A stretch of DNA of 63,178 bases, filler included, from Pirum gemmata (taxonomy: Eukaryota): the NCBI GenBank assembly GCA_002812295.1. It is 21 parts of 21 records of this genome, joined end to end, with 100 filler letters (N's around TTAATTAATTAA, not from the genome) between each part and the next. Parts side by side here need not be neighbours in the genome. Positions count along the whole stretch, not along the records: positions 11,931 to 14,830 come from PDIN01004245.1; positions 14,931 to 17,831 come from PDIN01004246.1; positions 17,932 to 20,831 come from PDIN01004247.1; positions 20,932 to 23,806 come from PDIN01004248.1; positions 23,907 to 27,489 come from PDIN01004249.1; 16 more parts are not named here. One strand, given 5' to 3'. Below the pieces are notes generated by a model. That model did no database searches. It was not told where the DNA came from and saw only the letters and a list, made by a program, of their open reading frames with translations. The first letter of the stretch is position 1. Each line of letters opens with the position of its first letter. Below, piece by piece: positions 13,218-23,980 of this stretch. The translations under genes were made by a program, and so were the position numbers.

Positions 13218-13658
13218 CGCGATTTTTTTTTTCACTTTTTTTTCACTTTTTTTTTCACTTTTTTTTTCACTTTTTTTTTCACTTTTTTTTTCACTTTTTT
13301 TTCCACTTTTTTTAGTATCATAGATTACCAACTATACGATACATTTTCTTTCCCTTCAAGGGCTGGTTAATTAGTAATAATCAAAAACTAGTGTTACTTC
13401 ACTCATTTTTTCATAACCGAATAGACTGTACCAAAAAAAAAATATCATTCTTTTGCTCGATCTTTTTTCGAACGAGTGACCGAAGAGGCGAACGAAATTT
13501 TTGGGCAGTCTGATAACTCGGTTATTAAAAAACTCGATGCAGTAACCTATAGTTAGCATGCGGGTAATTATCTCCGGAATATATATTTTTTAAAAAACCC
13601 GGGTGTTCCTGGAACTGAATATAATCTGTTTTCTTTCTTTCTTTCTTTTTTATTGTTA

Positions 13659-13728
<70 letters not shown>

Positions 13729-13730
13729 AA

Positions 13731-14257
13731 CATCCATGCAGCCCAGATGCAGCCATGCTGGATAGACTTCTTTTCTAAAACCCTTAAATAGTAATTAGCC
13801 AAATTATTTTTAAAAACTAGCTATTGGTTCATAATAGAGTTTTTTTAGTTAAATTATTTCTCAAAATTTGGTAGCACTTTTAATAAAATTGGATCATTTT
13901 GAGATTTTTTTGATTTATGAGCTCATATGGTGGATGTCCCCTTTTTTATCCGGCTTGGTAGTTAAAAAATAATAATAATAATAAAATAAAACTTTTTGAA
14001 TTTTTAGTTTTTTTTTTTTACAGTTCGAAAGTTTGCAGAAAATGGCGCCATCCTCCATATGAGCTCAAAATCCAAAAAAATCACAAAATACTCCAATTTT
14101 AATAAAAGTACTACCAAATTTTGAGAAAGTGTTTAACTAACAAAACTCTATTATGAACCAATGGCTAGTTTTTAAAAATAATTTGGCTAGTTAACATTAA
14201 AGTTTTTAGAAAAGAATTCTATAAAAGATGATTTCTACAGTTTTATCCGGCTTGGTC
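13731..14257. mobile_element. Two piggyBac-like MITE copies in inverted orientation (13731-13961 and ~14021-14257)
   Basis: Both share the interior of 4452-4693. Termini TTTTATCCGGCTTGGTAG|TTAA (13961) and TTTTATCCGGCTTGG (~14255). Confidence 0.75.
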
Positions 14258-14649
14258 AAAAAAAAAAGGCCAAAGTAGCCAAAGTAGTGCTAAATGCTAA
14301 TGCCAAAGCCTGCCGCTTTTCTAGCAGCAGTCCTAGGCCGCTTTTTGGGGATTTGGTGGCAGATGAACACTCCAGATGAACAGTGAACTACTGAATCAGT
14401 GCGCAGTGCTGATGATCTTGACTATAAACAAACCAAACTACCAAATTATTATTATGATTATCCTATCAAACATTTTTTAATTAATTTGGTATGTTATACT
14501 TAATATTTTATTTTGTAAACAAGTTCAATTATACATTTAAACCATACCAAATTAAAGGTTTAGAGGGATATCGATAGTGCTTCTTTGTGCCTTCTTTGTG
14601 TAGCTAGTTACTAGCTAGTACTAAGGTAGTATAATATTTATGTTTCCAG

Positions 14650-14830
14650 AAGATGTGGGAAAATCATCGAATCGAGAATAGTTCGAAACTTTTTAAAATG
14701 TGGGAAAATCATCGAATCGAGAATAGTTCGAAACTTTTTTAAAATGTTCGACTTAATTTTAAGTATTGACTTACTTTTAATTTTATAAAAAATTCTTGTT
14801 AGAATTTTCATAGAAGAAACTTGAAACTCG
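14650..14830 (-). repeat. Dispersed repeat family; copies at ~19900-20063 and 36479-36710
   Basis: Reverse complement matches cgagtttcaag...aaaattagatcgaaa...ctcga.tc.atg..ttttcc; 19900 and 36480 also share taatcgaatcaaacagctcgatcttaattattaaata. Confidence 0.75.
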
Positions 14831-14930
14831 NNNNNNNNNNNNNNNNNNNNNNNNNNNNNNNNNNNNNNNNNNNNTTAATTAATTAANNNNNNNNNNNNNN
14901 NNNNNNNNNNNNNNNNNNNNNNNNNNNNNN

Positions 14931-15680
14931 GGGGTTAGGGGTTAGGGGTTAGGGGGTTAGGGGGTTAGGTTAGGTGATAATAATAATAATAATAATAATA
15001 GTTGACCAGTTAAAGAGGTGGAGAAATATTCAGGGTGTGGTATAATGATAAATGATAATAATAATAATAGTTGATACAGTTAAAGAGGTGGAGAAATATC
15101 CAGGGTGTGGAATAATGATAAATGATAATGATAAAATGAAAAAGATAAAATGAAAATGATAAATGATAATTATAAATGATAAATGACAATGATAAGATAA
15201 GATAAATAATAATTAGGGGTTAGGGGCTAGGGTGTTAGGGGTTAGGAGGTTAGGGGTTAAGGGTTAGTGGTTAGTGGTTAGGGGTCAGGGGTTAGGTGAT
15301 AATAATAATAATAATAATAATAGTTGATAATTAGGGATTAGGGGCTAGGGTGTTAGGGGTTAGGAGGTTAGGGGTTAAGGGTTAGTGGTTAGTGGTTAGT
15401 GGTCAGGGGTTAGGTTAGGGGTTAGGTGATAATAATAATAATAATAATAGTTGATACAGTTAAAGAGGTGGAGAAATATTCAAGGTGTGGTATAATGGTA
15501 AATAATAATGATTAAATGAAAATGATAAAATGAAAATGATAAATGATAATTATAAATGGTAAATGAAAATGATAAGATAAATAATAATTATAATGATAAA
15601 TGATAAAGATAAATAATAAATATAATGACAAATGATAAAGGTAAAAAATAATGATAAAAATAATGATAAACGATAATTAT
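14931..15680 (+). repeat. Telomere-variant arrays (TTAGGG/TTAGGGG/TTAGTGG) interleaved with a ~55-bp unit and (GATAAAT)n
   Basis: Unit ttgatacagttaaagaggtggagaaatat.caggg.tgtgg at 15002, 15072, 15451; TTAGGG variants at 14931-14975 and 15214-15428. Confidence 0.85.
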
Positions 15681-16626
15681 AATAATAATAATTGTTAATT
15701 AATGATTATATGTTTTAATAAATGGTATTAATTAATGATTATATGTGTTTTAATAAATGGTATTAATTATTAAATGAATTATTTATATCATAGATAAAAA
15801 AGTTCCCTAAGTTCCCCATTGAACCAGTATTGAATCTTTTGAATCCTTTTGAATCCCCAATCCCCATCCTCTGGGGTCCCCAATCCCCATCCTCTGGGGA
15901 TTCCTCCCTGCCACAGCCAAGTTGCCCAGCTCACTGAGCTCAGCCCCCTAACACTGAGATCCCAACCCCAAAAAAAGGGATTTCTTAAGTAGACTTCTAT
16001 ATATAGAACTTTTTTTATCTATTTATGATGTATGCTAAAAGAAAACCTTTTTTTTATCTTATTATTATTATTTTTTTTTTAACAAAATACAGTTTTTTTA
16101 AAAAATTATGTATATTTTGAAAACACTATGAAAGCATCAATGTTACAAAAAAACTATTTATATTAGGTATCTATTTATTATCTTATTTATGATATTATTA
16201 TAAATGATGCTATGTATATAAATATCGAGAAATATCAATAGATATTATTATCATAGTAATAATAACAAATATGACAAAAACTATTTTTTAATTTATTTAC
16301 TTTATTCTTTTTGTTGCCAACTTTCATCAATCCCTCAATTCCTATTTTGTATTCAGTCATTCAATTAACTTATTGTCTGTTTATTATTTTATCTCTTTTA
16401 ATATTTAATATTTACTATGTATACGCACTATTAACGCTTGTTATTTTTATTTTAAAGTAATTGTCTATTAGGGTTATTTTTTTATATCTATTTTTATTAG
16501 TTTTTTTTTGTCAAAATATTAATTAACTATGTCTAAATATCCACCACTTGAGAGAGATAAACTAAACAGAGAGATTCGTCAATCAAACTCAAACGAAGAA
16601 TATGCCTCCGAAGAACTAAAAGTTGA

Positions 16627-17820
16627 CCTAATCCTAACCCTAACCCTACCCCCAACCCCAACCCTAACCCTAACGCCTAACCCTAACCCTAACCCAAACT
16701 CTAACCCAATCCCAACCCTAACCCCAACCCCAACTTCAACCCCAACCCCAACCCCAACCCTGACCCTAATCCTAACCCTAACCCTAACCCTAACCCTAAC
16801 CCTAACCCTAACCCTAACCCCTAATCCTAACTCTAACCATAGCACTAACATTAACCGTAATCCAAACCGTAACCGTAACCGTAACGGTAACCATAACCGT
16901 AACCGTAAGCATAACCGTAACTGTAACCAGAGCCTAATCCTAACCCTAACTATAGCACTATCCTCCCTAACTCTCAACTGTATCTGTAACATTAACCGTA
17001 ATCCAAACCGTAACCGTAACCGTTACCGTAATTGTCACCGTCACCACCGTAACCGTAACCGTAACCGTAACCGTACCTGGTGATTATACTCATAACCGTG
17101 ACCGTAACCCTAACCGTGACTGTTACCCTAATGGTAACCGTAACCATAACGCTAATCCTAACGCTAACGCTTTCACTAACCTTAACAAACTAACCCAACA
17201 CTAGCCTTCTTCCGTGAGTAATATCTATCAGTTCAATTTGAAACATGGTTGCCACCTAAGCCCACGTCTAAACCTAAGCCAAAAACTAACTCTAGGCTAA
17301 GCGTGACCTTAACCAGGCCTATCACTAATATGAACTAACCCATTACCGACACCAATAAAAACAAAAATCGTAACCAAACACTTAACCCTAGCCCTAACCT
17401 AACCCTAGCCCTAGCTAGAACCCTAACTCTAGCCCTAGCCCTAACTTTACCCTAACCCTAATCTTCCTCTTAGGTTGGTAAAATGAGCTCAACATTACGA
17501 CCTAACACAGGAGAAACAATGTCATCTCCCCAGAAAGCTCAAAGTGCACGTTCTACGATATCGGGTACAAGAAGAGTTTTACCAATAGCAACTGAAGAAA
17601 AAAATATGCGAAAATCACGTTCAATGCAAGATGTCACTCTAGGTTTTTTCTATTATTATTATTATTATTATTATCATTATAATTATTATTATTAACCCTA
17701 ACCCTAACCCTAACCCTAACCCTAACCCTAACCCTAACCCTAACCCTAAACCCCCTAACCCTAACCCTAACCCTAACCCTAACCCTAACCCTAACCCTAA
17801 CCCTAACAGTAACCCTAATC
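16627..17820 (-). repeat. Interstitial (CCCTAA)n arrays grading into (TAACCG)n and (TAGCCC)n hexamers
   Basis: CCCTAA at 16627-16835, 17382-17462, 17692-17820; TAACCG at ~16850-17150. Confidence 0.92.
17474..17642 (+). CDS. Probable internal exon of an unknown gene, between CCCTAA arrays
   Basis: Acceptor cttcctcttAG, then a coding-like island reading MSSTLRPNTGETMSSPQKAQSARSTISGTRRVLPIATEEKNMRKSRSMQDVTL. No family recognised. Confidence 0.35.
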
Positions 17821-18589
17821 CTGTTTCTAACNNNNNNNNNNNNNNNNNNNNNNNNNNNNNNNNNNNNNNNNNNNNTTAATTAATTAANNNNNNNNNNNNN
17901 NNNNNNNNNNNNNNNNNNNNNNNNNNNNNNNATTATTACATTATTATTATTATTATTATCAGTGTTTTATTATTATTATTAATATATTTTAATATGATTT
18001 TATAATAATTATGTTAGAATTATTATTCTCATTATTCGGTTGTTTATTCTATTGCTAGCTTTCACTTTTGTGCAATTATCGAAGTATTATATATTATTCT
18101 ACCATACCAAGTATTACATTTTTAATTAGATATTGATAAATTATATTATTTCTAAAATAGAAGTGGTGTACATAGGTGTTTATGTATGTATATGCATATG
18201 AATGTATGTGTGTATGTTCGTGCGTGCGTGTTTGTGTATCAGTAGGTCTCATGATATAAATATAAGTGTGGTTGTTGATAACTATATAATAATAATAATA
18301 ATAACTGCATATGTATTATAACAGCAGCAACACACAAAGCAAAAACCAGCAACAGCAACAACAATAAGAACAGCAGCAGCAACAGCAGCAGCAACTATAA
18401 TAGATATTATAAAGGGTTAGGGTAAATAATAATAACAATAACAATAACAATATATAACAATGACAATAACAATGACAATAACAATAACAATAACAATAAC
18501 AATAACAATAACAACAACAATAACAACAACAATAACAACAACAATAACAATAACAATAACAATAACAATAACGTTAACATATAGACCAC

Positions 18590-18782
18590 TTATTGCTATC
18601 CTGTTAGTTCTAGTTATAGTAGTTGTTGGTTTCAGGGTAGTTTGGGTTCTTTACTACCAAATATGTTAGTTTTAGGGTCTATTAGTAGAAAATAGAAAGC
18701 CTTTTTAAAAGTCCATCTGAAGGCCTTTTTTGTTAGTTAATTAAAGGCCTAAAACTAACTAGAACTAACAGGATAGCAATAA
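18590..18782. mobile_element. 193-bp foldback/MITE with perfect 27-bp terminal inverted repeats
   Basis: TTATTGCTATCCTGTTAGTTCTAGTTA (18590-18616) is the exact reverse complement of 18756-18782; no clear TSD. Confidence 0.7.
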
Positions 18783-18871
18783 CAATAACAATATAGCAAT
18801 AGCAATAACAATAACAATTCTAAATAACAATAACAATAACAATAACAATAACAATAACAATAACAAATAAC

Positions 18872-18903
<32 letters not shown>

Positions 18904-19315
18904 TAACAATAACAATAACGATAACAATAAAGGTTTCACCATTTCAAAAAATGGCAAAACTACTATAGACTAGTACGATAGACTAATCATAGGTCTAGCT
19001 AGCTAGCTAGTCTAAACATGTGACTCAGCCTTCATCACTTTCCTTACTCACTTTCCTTATATATATTTAAAAAAGAAACAAAAAAGTGTCTAAAAAGACT
19101 AAAAAGAGTACTAAAAAAGTACAAAAATAAGTTTCAAAAAGAAATATAATATATAGTTTTAAAAGTATAGACAAAACTACCCAATAATTTAGTATGTATG
19201 TATATAAATAATAATAAAGTTAGGGTAGATTCAATATTTGTATGCTTTTCATAATAGACATAAAATACCCACAAAATTACCAAATGTATTTTTAAACAAT
19301 ACCAAATTATTCACG

Positions 19316-19386
<71 letters not shown>

Positions 19387-21023
19387 GAACTGGAAGCTGA
19401 AATCACAAAATCGAGAAGAAAATCGAGAAGAAAATCGAGAAGAAAATCGAGAAAAAAATTGAGAAGAAAATTGAAAAATCGAAAAAATTATCGAAAATCG
19501 AAAATCGAAATCGTGATTTTTTCTGTGATTTTTTCTGCAAAAGGTGGTGAGTTTGAGAAAATCCAGGCGTTGAATGGTGGACATGTAGCTACTGGTATTG
19601 TAGACACGATGTGGCACGTTGGTTCGCTCAAACAAAACAAAAAAAACCACCATGGAGGAAGCTTTGATTATTTGTAGAATTTCCATTTTTTCCAAATTGG
19701 GGATTCCAGACTCTCTAGAGGCCAAAACAAAACCGGATGCTTTTTGCCTTGGAAATCCCTGCATCTTTTATTACAAAAAATAAAAAACCTCTGGGGAAAT
19801 GAGTTGAAGTTCAGAGTCAGAGTTCGGAGTTTAGAAAATCATAATTTTTTTTTTTTATTGTATATGATATAGAATAAAAAAACAATAAATACAGGAAAAC
19901 ATAATCGAATCAAACAGCTCGATCTTAATTATTAAATAAATAGTGACAATTTTGAAATGATATTCTTTTTTTTTTTTCGAGTTTCAAGTTTGATGAGTCA
20001 ATACTTAAAATCAGATCGAAATTTTTTGAAAATTCTCGAATCGATGGGTTTTCCTGCATCTTCCGGGGCCCGTGTCAAAAAAAAAAGTTCACCTGGTAGA
20101 AAAAAGCCAAAAAAGCCAAAAAAGCCAAAAAAAGACTCAAAAAAGCCAAAAAGAAAAAGAAAGTAGTAGTCTAGCCAAAGTAGCTGGGCCCAGTAAACAG
20201 AAGCGATTTCGGATCGAGCAATTATAGAATTTATCGCTCACCAAAAATTGAAAACAAGCATCTACAAAGTACAAAGTACCTTTACAAAGAAACATAATAA
20301 TGATAGTCATAGTGAAGTGAAGTTCAAATGAGCTTTTTAAAAAAAAAAAAAAAAAATGAATACCTGATCCTTCAGCTATTCAAAACTAACTATTTTTTAA
20401 TTACTGAAAATAGGATTGAAGGCTCTTTTGGTGGGTTAACTCGCGGGGTCTACCGGGTCAAGACCTAGTAGATAGAAGTTCATAGAACCCAGGGACTCCT
20501 TGACAAAATTAGGCGCAAAATTAAACCAACAAATACGCAAAATACGCAAAAAACAATTAGCCTATTAGTGGGTTAGTGAGCTGAGTTTTGGTTCGAAATG
20601 TTTTAGATTGAAACTAGCTATCATAATGTAACAAAAAATAAAATAAAAATGCGAGCTTATATAAATAGATTTGACTTTTTTTCGCACTCATGACCTCATA
20701 TAATGACCTCATATTTAAATTTTGTATGTAATTTTGACGTAATAATGTAAAAGATGGATGTTTTTAACTGGGCTTTATATATTATTATTATTATTATTAT
20801 TATTTTTTTTTTTTTTTCTTTTTTTTTTTTTNNNNNNNNNNNNNNNNNNNNNNNNNNNNNNNNNNNNNNNNNNNNTTAATTAATTAANNNNNNNNNNNNN
20901 NNNNNNNNNNNNNNNNNNNNNNNNNNNNNNNTAGTAGTAGTAGTAATAGTAATAGTAATAGTAATAATAATAATAACAATAATAATAATAATAATAATAG
21001 TAGTAGTAGTAGTAGTAATAGTA

Positions 21024-21069
<46 letters not shown>

Positions 21070-21199
21070 GAGTAGTAGTAGTAGTAGTAGTAGTAATCCC
21101 CACTCTATCATTATGATATTATTGGCAGTTTAAATTTCTAAGTAAAGTTTTAGTAATAACTGTTGTTTATTGGATAACTTTTATTATTATTATTGTATA

Positions 21200-22785
21200 T
21201 GTTCGTTTTAACAATATACAATGCCTTAAATTATGACCCAAATTATTGAACTGTGACCTTTGATTAAACAAATGTTACTTTTTATATATGACTTTCATTG
21301 GCAGTTTTACTTATATGATATATTGTTGAGTTTTAGTATTATAATACGTATTGTTTTAGTAATAGCTATTGTTTATTCATAACTTTTATTATTATTATTA
21401 GTTAATGTTTATAATAGTCCGTTTTAACAATATACGATGCCTTAAATTATGACCTAAATCATTGAACTATGACTTTTGATTAAAAACTATTACTTCTTTA
21501 CGGCGTAAGTCATGGCTTTTATTATTAGTTTAACTTGTATATAGTTAGTTAGTAATAAATACTGTTTATTGGATAACTTTTATTATTATCATTATTGCTT
21601 AGCAAAATCCGTTTTAACAATATACGATGCCTTAAATTATGACTTAAATCATTGAGCTATGACCTTTGATTAAAAAATTGTGACTTTATGTCGTAAATCA
21701 TGACTTCTATTAGTTTAACTTATTATTAATTATTGTTTATTGAATAACTTATTATTATGATCATCAATGTTTATAACAGTCCGTTGTAACAATATACGAT
21801 GCCTTAAATTATGAACTAAATTATTGAACTATGACCTTTGATTAAAAATTGTTACTGTACGCCGTAAAGCATGACTTTTATTAGCAGTTTATAGCTTATT
21901 AAGTTAGGTTTTAGTAATAAGTATTGTTTATTGGATAACTTTTATTATTATCATTATAGTCAATGCTTATCACAGCCCGTTTTAGCAAAACACGATGCCT
22001 AAAATTATGGCTTAAATCATTGAACTATGACCTTTGATTAAAAATTGTTACTGTACGCCGTAAAGCATGACTTTTATTAGCAGTTTATAACTTATTAAGT
22101 TAAGTTTNCTTATCACAGCCCGTTTTAGCAAAACACGATGCCTAAAATTATGGCTTAAATCATTGAACTATGACCTTTGATTAAAAATTGTGACTTTATG
22201 TCGTAAATCATGACTTCTATCATTATGATCATCAATGCTTATCACAGTCCGTTTTAGCAAAATACGATGCCTTAAATTATGACTTAAATCATTGAACTAT
22301 GACCTTTGATTAAAAATTGTGACTTTATGTCGTAAATCATGACTTTTATTATGATCATCAATTTTTATAGCAGTCCATTTTAACAAAATACAGAGCCTTA
22401 AATTATGACTTAAATCATTGAACTTTGCCCTTTGATGAAAAATTGTTACTTTAAGTCGTAAATCATGACTTTTATTATTATGATCATCAATTTTTATAAC
22501 AGTCCGTCTTAACAAAATACGGAGCCTTAAATTATGACTTAAATCATTGAACTATGTCCTTTGATTAAAAATTGTTACTTCTTTAAGTCGTAAATCATGA
22601 CTTTTATTAGCAGTTTAACTTATATAATTATTGTTTATTGGATGACTTTTATTATTCTTATTACAGTCAATGCTTATTAGTCCATTTTAACAATATACGA
22701 CGCCTTAAATTATGGCCTAAATCATTGAACTATGACCTTTGATTAAAAAATAGTGACTTCTTGACGTTGAAAATCATGACTTATT
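21200..22785. repeat. Satellite-like tandem array, about 10 copies of a ~100-bp core with variable linkers
   Basis: Core TTTAACAATATACGATGCCTTAAATTATGACTTAAATCATTGAACTATGACCTTTGATTAAAAATTG...CGTAAATCATGACTT; spacing ~127-217 bp. Confidence 0.93.
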
Positions 22786-22914
22786 AACAACCTTAACAAA
22801 ATCAGGTTTGATCACACCCTTTTTTAATATGATTTATAAATACATCTTTTTATTGAATTTAAATATAAAATAAAACTTAATCTACAGTCATATACAATGA
22901 TAAATTATCCCACA

Positions 22915-23001
22915 ACCTTACCCTAACCCTAACCCTAACCCTAACCCTAACCCTAACCCTAACCCTAACCCTAACCCTAACCCTAACCCTAACCCCTAAC
23001 C
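22915..23001 (-). repeat. (TTAGGG)n array just 3' of the ALDH stop codon
   Basis: About 13 CCCTAA units. Confidence 0.95.
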
Positions 23002-23008
23002 GTGAATC

Positions 23009-23746
23009 CTAAAACTTAATCAAAGAAGAACCCACGACCTTAACCAACCTAAACCAAGTTGGAGTGGTCATATACAATGATAAATTATCCCATAACCTAC
23101 GGTGTCCCTTTCCAGGCAATTTCATTTGTGAAACATGTACAAAATCAGTTTTAACTACACCCTTTTCAATATGTTTATACATTCTAGAATTAAACAACCA
23201 ACCTTCACCACTCTCCTTATTATGAGGTGAAGCCCCCCACACCAACTCTGGATGAAAATACAAAGCCAACCCAAACGTATTTACCCCAATACCACCATAA
23301 TTCAAATCACAAATAGTTTGATCCAAACCATCGTTCAAACTTAATTCAGTTTCTTTATCTATAATAATTGAAGCACACAACGAACCTAATAATTCATTAT
23401 TACAAAATTCTACGGTTTTTTCCAAAAACAACTTTGCATCACTATTACTATCAATACAGTACTCAGACAAAATGGGGGCAAAGGCCTCCTTTTTTAAAAT
23501 AGCTGCGTTAGTATTTTGTAAGTTCGGAACAAAAACTCGATCTACATGCAGAGGGTTTGGGTGTTTTTCTTTCTCGTATAAAACTTCAACGTTTTGGTTT
23601 TTTTCTTTTAAATCCAAAACTAAGTCATCAATTTTGTCTTGGGTATGATCATAGAACGAATGTATATCACTACAATTAGTAAAATATTCTTTGACGTATT
23701 TTATAAAAATATCACGTTGCTTCCAAGATTTATCGGTAATGAGAAC
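23009..23746 (-). CDS. Aldehyde dehydrogenase-family protein, terminal exon
   Basis: Acceptor TTAG| at 23747 gives VLITDKSWKQRDIF...KEAFAPILSE...FLEKTVEFCNNELLGSLCASIII...LNYGGIGVN...WG...ESGEGW.FN...EKGV, the ALDH C-terminal half. Confidence 0.85.
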   Translation of the reverse strand, partial: VLITDKSWKQRDIFIKYVKEYFTNCSDIHSFYDHTQDKIDDLVLDLKEKNQNVEVLYEKEKHPNPLHVDRVFVPNLQNTNAAILKKEAFAPILSEYCIDSNSDAKLFLEKTVEFCNNELLGSLCASIIIDKETELSLNDGLDQTICDLNYGGIGVNTFGLALYFHPELVWGASPHNKESGEGWLFNSRMYKHIEKGVVKTDFVHVSQMKLPGKGHRRLWDNLSLYMTTPTWFRLVKVVGSSLIKF

Positions 23747-23980
23747 CTAAATTATGTTTGTTAATTGTTAATTGTTATTATTATTGTTGTTATTTATTAT
23801 AAATATNNNNNNNNNNNNNNNNNNNNNNNNNNNNNNNNNNNNNNNNNNNNTTAATTAATTAANNNNNNNNNNNNNNNNNNNNNNNNNNNNNNNNNNNNNN
23901 NNNNNNACCAGCGTCATCTTCTTTGATGAGCAAATATATAATAATAATAATAAAAAAAAAAACTGTATAAATGTTTCAGA

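Noticed and set aside
14931..14975. True chromosome end at the contig start
   Set aside because: Wrong polarity (G-rich strand at the 5' end) and degenerate units. The same applies to the CCCTAA arrays at contig 3' ends (17692-17820, 27348-27435).
16529..17083. 184-aa and 137-aa ORFs rich in LT/PN/RN or RV
   Set aside because: These are translations of CCCTAA and TAACCG arrays. Only the first ~30 codons are complex, and no clear splice donor or family was found.
21200..22785. CRISPR-like repeat-spacer appearance
   Set aside because: The core is about 100 bp, the linkers are related to each other, no cas genes are present and the context is eukaryotic.
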